Source: Eledone cirrhosa (lineage: Eukaryota). From it: a stretch of 64,000 nt of DNA. The position numbers and the translations under genes were made by a program. Each line of letters begins with the position of its first letter. Within the stretch, counting starts at the first letter, position 1. This document shows, in pieces, positions 37,001 through 49,619 of the stretch. The notes under the pieces are model-generated. The model saw only the letters and a program-made list of their open reading frames with translations. It made no database searches and was not told the DNA's origin. The DNA lies in the NCBI GenBank assembly GCA_964016885.1, contig OZ024743.1, positions 325,500,001 to 325,564,000 of the forward strand, written 5' to 3'.

Positions 37001-38819
37001 TACATCTCAACTATTGCAACTTGGAGTACACACTGTGTTAAGTATGAGCCCTGAACTCCAGATAGAATGACAGAGGCATTTAAACATGGCAGATCCCACC
37101 TTTCTTCGGGTCTGAACACAGCCAATTTCTTTCAGTGAGAGGGAAGAATTGATCCCAGAATTTGAATGGTATTTATTTTATATATCAACCTTGAAAGGGT
37201 GTAAGGTAAAGTTGACCTCAGTGGGATTTGAACATAGAATGAATATCATGAATATCATGAAACCTTATATCTAACATTGTAAGAACTCTGCAAATTCCAC
37301 ACCTTATGTACCTTGGGGTACATACATTTAAACCTTTTGAAATCAACCTGTTTGAAACCACCCTTGGTTCTTTGGTACAAAACTGTTTATTTCAAAATGT
37401 TCATATTTATCTCAAAGCCTTTCACCATAATTTTATATAACAACCTTTGTTAAGTTATGTTCCAAACACCAGCTTAGTCATGAGAAAGTTAGTTGTATTA
37501 CTGAAACCATCCAAATTCTTCATTATTTTCAAAATTATTTGAAAACCATAGGGGACAGTGTATGAACAACTAACCCTTCAGTTATTTGATAGGTACCCTA
37601 TTTATTTTGCCATTCAGGACTCCCCAAAACACTTCTTTGAATTGCTTCATGTTGCTGTTTTTAGGCTGTGTTGATTCTCTAGTGGACGGAATATGACCAA
37701 ATGGTTAAGATGTTCACCACTCAATCATGAGCTCCTGGGTTTGATCCCACATTCATAGCATTTTGGGTAACTTCCCTTGGGTCAACATAGGCCATGTGAC
37801 TGAAAGTTGGAAACTGTTTGGAAGCTCATCAGATGGACTCTACCTGGAATTCAAAGGACCAGCCTTGTTGCACACTGCATTATGCTAAATCTCCTGTGAA
37901 TTACATTAAGAATACGAGCAGGCTGTTCCATTGATTAAACAATCAGAACACTCATCAAAAAATGTGTCATTTAATCTGACACTCTAAGGACTCTGTTAAT
38001 TCACCAAATAAGAATATTAAGATAGTAAGTTTTACTTATGGTTTCCAAACCATAATGGATGTTTTTTTCACTGGGTACAAGGCCAAATATAGAGTCATCA
38101 CAGAAGGAAACTTAACACAATCAACTCTAACAGAATTTGAATTCAGAATTTAGAAGGATAAAACAAACTTATTATTATGCTATCATAATATTTGTTGCCC
38201 TCAAAATATGGGTTTTAAGTCTCTACTGAATTGGTAGAATATATTTAAAATAGGCTTTTTAATTTAAATGTTTATAGTATATTTACTAGTGGACAGATTG
38301 TTCTGAAAATTTGCAGGATCAGATCAAAGACCTTAATATCTAATATGATACAGTCATATTGCTGTATTGTACTTTTCAAAAATGTCTTGTTCATGTGGTT
38401 TCATGTGGTACAGGATGTTAAGAGTTAAAGTAAACAAAAAAAAACATAAAAGAACAACAATACTGAATTAAAATTCTTAAATATATCATTACCATCATTT
38501 AATATCCATTTTTCCATACTGCCACAAGTCAGATGGAATGTCACAGACCAAGTCAGTACTTATTGGTGCTACTGTTCCCTTAGATGGTACAGGGACCATA
38601 TCTTGCTTACATACATACATTCCTATCACCAACCGCTTAAAAATATATAAATATAAAAATAAAATAAATAAAACAACAGTAAATCATTAAAAATTAATTA
38701 AATTTACTACTTTAAAAAAAATAACAATGAAAATTATTTAGATATATCTGTAAATATTAAATATGTAGTTCTATCAAATAATTTTCAGATATAAATGTTT
38801 GTCTTCAGAGCTGATCATA

Positions 38820-38958
38820 TCAGAATATGGTGAGTTTTTTATGAGCATTTCTCTGGTTTTTCTGCTGTCCCATGGCTTTCTCAGACAATTTCAGTTGGCT
38901 TTTGTATGTCTCTAGGCTGCTAAGTTTTTCCTGGATTGATTTCACAACACTTTGGTTC
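38820..38958 (-). CDS. ZGPAT: ZGPAT terminal coding exon
   Basis: Polypyrimidine tract plus ccag acceptor. Phase completes AA|G (Lys). Reads NQSVVKSIQEKLSSLETYKSQLKLSEKAMGQQKNQRNAHKKLTIF*, matching the recalled ZGPAT C-terminus QEKL...QRKADTHKKMTEF*. Confidence 0.88.
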
Positions 38959-39170
38959 CTGGAGGATAAAAATAAAATAACAACACATGAGCATATAAGT
39001 TAATTTATCCATTTATATCTTTGTCTGTCTCTCTATCTTTCTGTCTATTTATATGTTTTATCTTTAACTGCCTGTCTGTCTCTTTCTATCTATCTGTCTC
39101 TACCTGTTTTATCTCTGTCTGTCTCTCTATTACATACACCAATATAACAAGATAAATAAGCTATCTTTAA

Positions 39171-39448
39171 CTCTTTAGCATTTACATTACTCTATATTTA
39201 CTATTGTATTTCCACAGTAAACACTTTATCTCATAATATCAAATCTACAAAATTTTGATATTATTTATTTTGAGAACAATACCTTAACATAAGTATGAGT
39301 GGCCAGTTATGGCTGGTTTGAACAGAAAGAGGTGAGAGAATTCTGGCTGGATACAGCTGGTTTAAATGCTAAAGGGTTAACATAAGTATGAGTGGCCAGT
39401 TATGGCTGGTTTAAACATAAAGATATGACTGGTTTAAATGCTAAAGGG
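39171..39448. mobile_element. Same MITE, with a tandem partial duplication of its right end (39381-39448)
   Basis: TTAA-CTCTTTAGCA...TGCTAAAGGG-TTAA, right terminus present twice. Confidence 0.7.
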
Positions 39449-39670
39449 TTAATGCAACGAGTAAGAAGAAAAAGGCAAATTGAGGATTACAAAGGTCAAA
39501 GAAAACTCAGAGATTCAGTATCTTCCCATGGAATGTTGTAATCAAGGAATTATTAAATTCAATATTTTTTCCTATACACCATATCATTTTTGACAGGTAC
39601 TATGTTAGTAAGATAATAAAGAAAACTATTTATCTTATGGATATGTTTTTTAAACAGTAATTTTCTTTTC

Positions 39671-42600
39671 CTTTCTCACCTGTACAGAGCACCACCTTTC
39701 TAACCTGTACAGAGCACCACCTTTCTCACCTGTACAGAATACCATCTTTCTCACCTATACAGAATACCACCTTTCTCACCTGTACAGAATACCATCTTTC
39801 TCACCTGTACAGAGTACCACCTTTCTCACCTGTACAGAGTACCACCTTTCTCACCTGTACAGAGTACCACCTTTCTCACCTGTACAGAGCACCACCTTTC
39901 TCACCTGTACAGAGTACCACCTTTCTCACCTGTACAGAGTACCACCTTTCTCACCTGTACAGAGTACCACCTTTCTCAACTGTACAGAGCACCACCTTTC
40001 TCACCTGTACAGAGTACCACCTTTCTCACCTGTACAGAGTACCACCATTCTCACCTGTACAGAGCACCACCTTTCTCACCTGTACAGAATACCACCTTTC
40101 TCACCTGTACAGAATACCACCTTTCTCACCTGTACAGAGTACCACCTTTCTCACCTGTACAAAATACCACCTTTCTCACCTGTACAGAATACCTTTCTCA
40201 CCTGTACAGAGTACCACCTTTCTCACCTGTACAGAATACCATCTTCCTCACCTGTACATAGTACCACCTTTCTCACCTGTACAGAATACCACCTTTCTCA
40301 CCTGTACAGAGCACCACCTTTCTCACCCGTACAGAGTACCACCTTTCTCACCTGTACAGAGCACCACCTTTCTCACCTGTACAGAGCACCACCTTTCTCA
40401 CCTGTACAGGGCACCACCTTTCTCACTTGTACAGAATACCACCTTTCTCACCTGTACAGAGTACCACCTTTCTCACCTGTACAGAGCACCACCTTTCTCA
40501 CCTGTACAGAGCACCACCTTTCTCACCTGTACAGAATACCACCTTTCTCACCTGTACAGAGCACCACCTTTCTCACCTGTACAGAGCACCACCTTTTTCA
40601 CCTGTACAGAGTACCACCTTTCTCACCTGTACAGAATACCACCTTTCTCACCTGTACAGAGTACCATCTTTCTCACCTGTACAGAATACCATCTTTCTCA
40701 CCTGTACAGAATACCATCTTTCTCACCTGTACAGAATGCCACCTTTCTCACCTGTACAGAGTACCACCTTTCTCACCTGTACAGAATACCACCTTTCTCA
40801 CCTGTACAGAATACCACCTTTCTCACCTGTACAGAATACCACCTTTCTCACCTGTACAGAGCACCACCTTTCTCACCTGTACAGAGCACCACCTTTCTCA
40901 CCTGTACAGAATACCACCTTTCTCACCTGTACAGAATACCACCTTTCTCACCTGTACAGAATACCACCTTTCTCACCTGTACAGAATACCTTTCTCACTT
41001 GTACAGAGTACCACCTTTCTCACCTGTACAGAATACCATCTTTCTCACCTGTACATAGTACCACCTTTCTCACCTGTACAGAATACCACCTTTCTCACCT
41101 GTACAGAGCACCACCTTTCTCACCTGTACAGAGCACCACCTTTCTCACCTGTACAGAATACCACCTTTCTCACCTGTACAGAGTACCACCTTTCTCACCT
41201 GTACAGAAGACCACCTTTCTCACCTGTACAGAATACCATCTTTCTCACCTGTACAGAGCACCACCTTTCTCACCTGTACAGAGCACCACCTTTCTCACCT
41301 GTACAGAGTACCACCTTTCTCACCTGTACAGAATACCACCTTTCTCACCTGTACAGAGTACCACCTTTCTCACCTGTACAGAATACCACCTTTCTCACCT
41401 GTACAGAATACCACCTTTCTCACCTGTACAGAGTACCACCTTTCTCACTTGTACAGAATACCACCTTTCTCACCTGTACAGAATACCACCTTTCTCACCT
41501 GTACAGAAGACCACCTTTCTCACCTGTACAGAGTACCACCTTTCTCACCTGTACAGAATACCACCTTTCTCACCTGTACATAGTACCACCTTTCTTACCT
41601 GTACAGAGTACCACCTTTCTCACCTGTACAGAATACCACCTTTCTCACCTGTACAGAATACCACCTTTCTCACCTGTACAGAATACCACCTTTCTCACCT
41701 GTACAGAGTACCACCTTTCTCACCTGTACAGAAGACCACCTTTCTCACCTGTACAGAATACCATCTTTCTCACCTGTACAGAGCACCACCTTTCTCACCT
41801 GTACAGAGCACCACCTTTCTCACCTGTACAGAGTACCACCTTTCTCACCTGTACAGAATACCACCTTTCTCACCTGTACAGAGTACCACCTTTCTCACCT
41901 GTACAGAATACCACCTTTCTCACCTGTACAGAGTACCACCTTTCTCACTTGTACAGAATACCACCTTTCTCACCTGTACAGAATACCACCTTTCTCACCT
42001 GTACAGAAGACCACCTTTCTCACCTGTACAGAGTACCACCCTTCTCACCTGTACAGAATACCACCTTTCTCACCTGTACATAGTACCACCTTTCTCACCT
42101 GTACAGAGTACCACCTTTCTCACCTGTACAGAATACCACCTTTCTCACCTGTACATAGTACCACCTTTCTCACCTGTACAGAGTACCACCTTTCTCACCT
42201 GTACAGAGCACCACCTTTCTCACCTGTACAGAGCACCACCTTTCTCACCTGTACAGAGTACCACCTTTCTCACCTGTACAGAATACCACCTTTCTCACCT
42301 GTACAGAGTACCACCTTTCTCACCTGTACAGAGCACCACCTTTCTCACCTGTACAGAGCACCTTTCTCACCTGTACAGAGTACCACCTTTCTCACCTGTA
42401 CAGAATACCACCTTTCTCACCTGTACAGAATGCCACCTTTCTCACCTGTACAGAGCACCACCTTTCTCACCTGTACAGAATACCACCTTTCTCACCTGTA
42501 CAGAATACCACCTTTCTCACCTGTACAGAGTACCACCTTTCTCACCTGTACAGAATACCATCTTTCTCACCTGTACAGAGTACCACCTTTCTCACCTGTA

Positions 42601-43812
42601 CAGAGCACCACCTTTCTCACCTGTACAGAGCACCACCTTTCTCACCTGTACAGAGCACCACCTTTCTCACCTGTACAGAGTACCACCTTTCTCACCTGTA
42701 CAGAGTACCCTCTTTCTCACCTGTACAGAGTACCACCTTTCTCACCTGTACAGAGTACCACCTTTCTCACCTGTACAGAGTACCCTCTTTCTCACCTGTA
42801 CAGAGTACCACCTTTCTCACCTGTACAGAATACCACCTTTCTCACCTGTACAGAATACCATCTTTCTCACCTGTACAGAGCACCACCTTTCTCACCTGTA
42901 CAGAGCACCACCTTTCTCACCTGTACAGAGCACCTTTCTCACCTGTACAGAGTACCACCTTTCTCACCTGTACAGAATACCACCTTTCTCACCTGTACAG
43001 AATGCCACCTTTCTCACCTGTACAGAGCACCACCTTTCTCACCTGTACAGAATACCACCTTTCTCACCTGTACAGAATACCACCTTTCTCACCTGTACAG
43101 AGTACCACCTTTCTCACCTGTACAGAATACCATCTTTCTCACCTGTACAGAGTACCACCTTTCTCACCTGTACAGAGCACCACCTTTCTCACCTGTACAG
43201 AGCACCACCTTTCTCACCTGTACAGAGCACCACCTTTCTCACCTGTACAGAGTACCACCTTTCTCACCTGTACAGAGTACCCTCTTTCTCACCTGTACAG
43301 AGTACCACCTTTCTCACCTGTACAGAGTACCACCTTTCTCACCTGTACAGAGTACCCTCTTTCTCACCTGTACAGAGTACCACCTTTCTCACCTGTACAG
43401 AATACCACCTTTCTCACCTGTACAGAATACCATCTTTCTCACCTGTACAGAGCACCACCTTTCTCACCTGTACAGAGCACCACCTTTCTCACCTGTACAG
43501 AGTACCACCTTTCTCACCTGTACAGAATACCATCTTTCTCACCTGTACAGAGTACCACCTTTCTCACCTGTACAGAATACCACCTTTCTCACCTGTACAG
43601 AATACCATCTTTCTCACCTGTACAGAGCACCACCTTTCTCACCTGTACAGAGCACCACCTTTCTCACCTGTACAGAGTACCACCTTTCTCACCTGTACAG
43701 AATACCATCTTTCTCACCTGTACAGAGTACCACCTTTCTCACCTGTACAGAGTACCACCTTTCTCACCTGTACAGAATACCACCTTTCTCACCTGTACAG
43801 AGCACCACCTTC
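39671..43812. repeat. 25-bp minisatellite (CTTTCTCACCTGTACAGARYACCAC)n, about 165 units, in the last ZGPAT intron
   Basis: Directly visible tandem array. The ORF track shows a 25-aa period (three units). Occasional 22-bp units lack CAC. Confidence 0.98.
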
Positions 43813-44179
43813 ACTAGCCTAGATTCTTGGAAGCAGAGGTGAGAAATATTTGACAATGGAAATGGGGAAATATATATAATGAGGGGAAGAGAGAAAAAGA
43901 GAGAGTTTTTGTTGAAATCTCTGACATCATCATCAGGACATATATATGTTAATGATCCTATAATAAGCATCTAACCCTCACTCAGAGCAATAGAATGGGG
44001 TTGAAGGTATGAGTGTGTAACCCCCACCACCACCAAAAAACAAACAAAACAACAAAAACAGGAAGGTGTTAATGATAGGGAAAGTAATTAAGAAGTGTCA
44101 TTTCTCCCTAATTAGATAGGAGAGAAAATGATGTTCCTCAGCATTATCTCTTTATAGTAGGAGACACAATTTTCTAGAT

Positions 44180-45505
44180 GACACACGCACACACACACAT
44201 ACACACACAAACACACATATACACACACAAACATATATATACACACAAATGTACATATACACATAAACATACATATATACATACAAACATATATATATAC
44301 ATACAAACATACACACACAACAAATATACGTATACACACAAACATACATACACACACAAACATACATACATACACACATACATACACACACACAAACATT
44401 CACACATGCACTCAAATATACATATGCACACACAAACATACATATACACACAAACACACATTTACATACACAAACATATATACACACATACATATACGCA
44501 CAAACATATATACACACACTAACATACATACACACACAAACACACATATACATTCACACACGCACACACATATTCACACAGACATATATACACAGAAATA
44601 TATATATACACACACACACTAACATACATATACACACACTAACATTCATACACATACATGCACAAACGTACATAAACACACACATTGATACATACACAAA
44701 CATACATATACATACACACACAGACAAATACACACACATTCATACGCACACAAACATACATACACACACACAAACATATGTACACACACAAACACACATA
44801 CACATTCATACACTCACAAACATACATGGTTGAGAAAGTAATTACTATGTAGCCCCAATGGGTGATATGTCAACAATGGGGATGGGGATGGTGAAATGGT
44901 GAAATGGTGAAATGGTGAAATGGTGAAATGGTGAAGAGAATAAGGTGAAGAATGTTTATGTTTAGGTTTTCCAGGGTAGAGTGAGCAATACTTCTCATTT
45001 ACTGGAAGTGGTAATATGTCATTCAATGTTGGCTGGTCAGTCTTGGTGTCTCCACACTGCATGACATCACACCACAACATTGCACACCACACCACACCAC
45101 ACCACACCACACTACACTACAAACCACACCACACCACACACCACACCACACTACAAACCACACCACACCACACAACACCACACTACACTACACAACACTG
45201 CACACTACTCTACAGTACACAACACTGCACACCACACCACATCGCAACACACTTTACTACACAACACTACACACTACACCACATCACATCACACTGCACT
45301 ACATCACACTACACTACAATTCACTACACATCACACTACACTAGTTCACTGCACACCACATCACACTGCACTACACCACATCACACTACATTACACTGCA
45401 CTACACAACACCACACTATACCACATCAAACTGCACTACATTGCACACCACACTACACAAAACCACACTGTACTTCACAACACCACACTGCACTTCACTA
45501 CACCA
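44180..45505. repeat. Compound microsatellites: (CA/TA)n, (ATGGTGAA)n and (CACCA/CTACA)n
   Basis: Directly visible. Confidence 0.93.
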
Positions 45506-46027
45506 CATTTGAAATGTAGTTGTTCCAATGCAGATGACTATAATAACAGTTGATCACTTATAAATAATAGTTGAAGTAAAGTACCCCTGGAGTTGGAAAA
45601 AAAGGGACAGTGGTCCCTCTGTCTACTCTTTTGAAGTAGTATAGCAAACTGTCAACTCGCTATGCTGAAACATAACTACGTTGTAAGAAAATGATTACAT
45701 TCACATAAGCATACATGCGCACACACACACACACACACACATACATACATTCTGATTAATTTGATCATCTCAAAGGTAATATTGTTTGATAGTCATACAG
45801 GAGTTTAAAACTATGACAAATCCTTTGAGAAGTCAACAAGTAATTTAACTTATACCGTCATTTCCTCTTTGTTTCCTATTATGTCCCCTCTCTATATACC
45901 TTGATACACGTAATTACATAACCAACCCCCTCTCCTATATCCTGTTATAGTAATATATACCACATGACATGTTTTTTGAATTATTAGTAGATTGGAAGTA
46001 TGAACATATATGACTGGGGTTCATTAA

Positions 46028-46235
46028 CCCTTTAGCATTTAAACTGGCCATATCCGGCCAGAATTCTCTCACCCCTTTCTGTTCAAACTGGTTGTAACCA
46101 CCCACTCATACTGGCGTTAAGGTATTGTTCTCAGAATAAATAATATCAAAATCTCATAGATTCAACATTGTGGCAGATAAAGCTTTTTCTGTGAAAATGC
46201 AATAGTATATATAGAGTAATGTGAATGTTAAAGGG
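46028..46235. mobile_element. Same MITE, inverted orientation
   Basis: TTAA-CCCTTTAGCA...TGTTAAAGGG-TTAA. Confidence 0.72.
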
Positions 46236-46583
46236 TTAAAACACCCAGGAAACCTCTTAGAAAGCAAGCTAAACCTTAGGTGTAAGCTTTAACAACAACA
46301 TATATATATATCATCATCATCATTATTTAAAGTCTATTTTCCAAGCTACCATGAATTAGATGGGTTGTCCCATTTGAGGCAAGTTGGGTCAGGTGACCGT
46401 GTCTTGCTCATACAGAACCGTTTCTGGTGTGGTTTCTACAGCTGGATGCTCTTCCTAATGCCAACCAGCACTTTACAGTGTGGACTGGGTGCTTTTTATT
46501 GTGACACCTACACAACCACTTTACAGTGAGGACTGGGTGTATTTTGTCCTGACACCTACACAACCATATATATATATATATAT

Positions 46584-46930
46584 GGAGGCACATGGTTTAG
46601 TGGTTAGAGCATTGGCCTTGCAATCAAAAGGTTGTGAGTTCAATTCTCAGACCGGGTGATGTGTTGTTTCCTTGAGCAAGACACTTTATTTCACATTGCT
46701 CCAGTTTACTCAGCTGTAGAAATGAGATGATAGGGACAGGGTTCCATATCATTCCACTGCAAAGTGGTCATGGAGGTGACATGGCAAAAAAGCACCCAGC
46801 ACTCACTGTAAATGAGGTTGGTGTTAGGAAGGGCATCCAGCTGTAGAAATCAAGCCAGAATCAGTTCCCGTCCCACCCTTGCAAGCAGGGAAAAGTGGAC
46901 GTAAAATGATGATGATGATGATGATGATGA
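46584..46930 (+). mobile_element. tRNA-derived SINE, family B (RTE-type 3' tail); other copies at 28582-28927(-) and 8490-8834(-)
   Basis: A box TGGTTTAGTGG, B box GAGTTCAATTC; 3' part matches the RTE 3' UTR; (GAT)n tail; three near-identical copies. Confidence 0.85.
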
Positions 46931-46949
46931 TATATATATATATTTATTA

Positions 46950-47898
46950 AAATAACAGATTAAAGTTTAAGCAAAGAATCGCTGCTTTCACTCTTAACGG
47001 GATCTTCTGAAACTAACTAAGTCAATCTGTGAATGCAGAAGTGAATATTTCAAAAACATTGCAACCGTAGGAAGACAGGAAGACGATACTTTGGTTCGTG
47101 GAAACGTTCCCACATCAAGACGTAAAATATCCGCGTATAGTTTGTACTATCCGTTAGGGTATAATGTGGGGCTGTAATACAGGAAAGTTTTGTGCAATTT
47201 ATGTTTACAAGCCGAAATTGCCTCGGATTTTTTGTTTAAGATGTGGTCTTTGGCGTAGAGTATTTCCAGGGCCTCAGCGGCGCAGAGGTCACATGGTCTT
47301 TTATTTCTGTTATACGATCTAGCCCTAGCTAGGATCTCTCAGTGTAACTTATATTGGGTGTGGTTGTCTTTTAGACTCCAGATATAAGCTGAAAGTGACA
47401 TCATATTCCTTCTTAAAGGGTTACAAAAAGAATGGGTATGCATGTAAAGACGCTGCATGAATCTATTGGCGGTTAACCCTATGTAGGCCCTACGGGACGT
47501 GGGTGTTTCAACCTTACATTTGTAGACAATGTTACTTGAAAGGCATTTCCCGGATAGGGGGCAGTCAACCCGATTCCTACAATTACAGTTAGTACTAACT
47601 ACAGGGTTGCACGTGTTCCTACGGCTAGGTAGTTTAGCTAAATTTGAAGCTGTGATGTTATGTGCAAGGTTAGGAGTCGTAGAGTAAGAAATTTTAATAG
47701 TATTTCTATTAAAAATTTTACTATATTTATGTGTAGGGGGAAAATGCTTCATAATAAGGGAGAGAAAGATCTTAGCTAATGGTGTGGCCACCTCCATATT
47801 ATATGGTGGGTTATACCATATAATGCATCGGGATCTATTTCTTCTAGGTCTATTCTCGTACTCTGTATATGCTACCTTATCGACAAATCCACTCCCTT
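46950..47898 (-). mobile_element. Penelope-like element fragment (GIY-YIG)
   Basis: ORF 47339-47797: KIFNRNTIKISYSTTPNL, CNCRNRVDCPLSGKCL, NIVYKC..RAYIGLT. Confidence 0.88.
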
Positions 47899-47899
47899 A

Positions 47900-48475
47900 T
47901 TATGAAGCATAGCCTCATTAATGGTGGTAATGACATCAGTGATCTACGAGGTGGCCAGTGAATTACCTTGACTTTTTGACTGAATATGTGGCACCACAAC
48001 TAGATGACCTTCATCCAATCGTCATTTTCTAGCAAGATGGTGCACCACCACATTGGGGACTGCATGTTCGTGGGTTCCTAAATCAAACATTTCCAGACCG
48101 GTGGATTGGAAAGGATGGCCCAACTCCCTGGCCACTTAGTTCACCAGATATCACTCCCCTGGACTTCTTTCTATGGGCTTATATTAAAGATATCGTGTAT
48201 CGAACAAAGATACAGGCATCATTGATCTAAAGCAAAAGATCACTGATGCTATAGCTACCATTAATGAGGCTATACTACAGTGAACGTGGCAAGAAATCAA
48301 GTACCGTCTTGATGTGCTTCATGCAACTAATGGTGCCCATATAGAGGTGTATTAAATTAATTTTAAAAAAATTCAATATCTACTTCTCATTTTGTAACAA
48401 TTTCCACATATTTGTCTGTTCATTTGCTTTTGTAATTCATTTTTTAAATTGTAAAGAGACTTTATGGGCACCCTG
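47900..48475 (+). mobile_element. mariner/Tc1 transposase relic with right TIR
   Basis: QDGAPPHWGLHVRGFLN..FPDRWIG..WP..SPDITPLDFFLW; ends GGGCACCCTG-TA. Confidence 0.88.
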
Positions 48476-48669
48476 TATATGTGTGTGTGTGTATATATAT
48501 ATATATATACACACACATACACACACACCAAACATGATATGGCTGGGGTTCCTATCATTAAAACATCTAAGAAACCACCTGTGGAAGTATGGACACCTCA
48601 TAGGGGAGCAGCTAAATTTACATACATGTGAGCTGTAGCAACAACAGTCAATAATATTTTTAAAAAAAC

Positions 48670-49262
48670 AGTCAAATACTGAGGTTGATTAAATCAATTC
48701 CCCCCCACCCTTAAAAATTGCTGACCCCTTGACTAAATTAGAAATGATTAATACAATTATGATTAGGGTCATTATATAGTTACAGCCTTTTACATTTTGA
48801 GTTCAAATCCCACTAAGGTTAACTTTGACTTTCATCCTTATGGGATTGGTAAAATAAAGTACCAATAACATACTGGGGTCAATTTAATCGATTTTCCCTT
48901 CCCCACAAAATTGTTGGTTTTGTGCTTAAATCAGAAACCATTAGGGTGATAGATTGGCAGTATCAGTGGAGTGTTGGACAACATGCTTTATGGCATAGAA
49001 ACACAACCTTTTATGGTTTGAGTTCAAATCCTGTTGAGGTTAACTTTATCTTTCATCCTTATGGGGTCGATGAAATAAACTACCAGTCACACACTGGGGT
49101 CAATTTAATCAACTTTCCTCTTCCCCCAAATTGTTGGCCTTGTGCCTAAATCAGAAACCAACATGCTTTGTAGCAGATAGTTACGGCCCTTTACATTCTG
49201 AGTTCAAATCCCACCGAGGTTAGCTTTGCCTTTCATCCTTTATGGGATCAGTAAAATAAATT
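48670..49262 (+). mobile_element. Tandem cluster of SINE family A
   Basis: At least three head-to-tail partial copies of the same core. Confidence 0.8.
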
Positions 49263-49619
49263 ATTTCAGTAATACCCAGGAAACATATAATACATAGTGG
49301 GTGAATAGAAATGTGGAGTATTCTCACTTGACTTCATAACAGGTTCCCGTCTGTGTGTGGGTGGGTAACTCTGAATGTTTTTATGTTTTATATTATATCA
49401 TGTTATATCCTGTGTTAATTGTTGTGTGTTTTAAAATAATTTTATACTTATTTCATGGTTTAATTAATCTGTCTATTTATATAATGTCTTTGTCCCTACC
49501 CTAGTTTCTATATAACTTTTTCAGCCTGGTCACACATATATTGTAACCGCAATGTTTATAAATGTTTACAGTATTTACATGCACCAGCCTTTGTGGTTAA
49601 TAAAGAAATCGTTATTATT

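Noticed and set aside
39671-43812. CRISPR-like array
   Set aside because: There are no unique spacers, units differ by only a few substitutions, no cas genes are present, and the context is a eukaryotic intron.
40427-43822. 1131-aa ORF as a real gene
   Set aside because: It follows automatically from a stop-free 25-bp unit, has a non-ATG start, has no unique domain and is antisense within the ZGPAT intron.
46584-46660. tRNA gene
   Set aside because: A and B boxes are present, but there is no acceptor stem and the sequence continues into a SINE body found in three copies.
46975-47130. Hammerhead in the pLTR of the minus-strand Penelope
   Set aside because: Only partial cores (CAGAAGA..GAAA; TTGATG..GAAC) and no convincing stems I and III.
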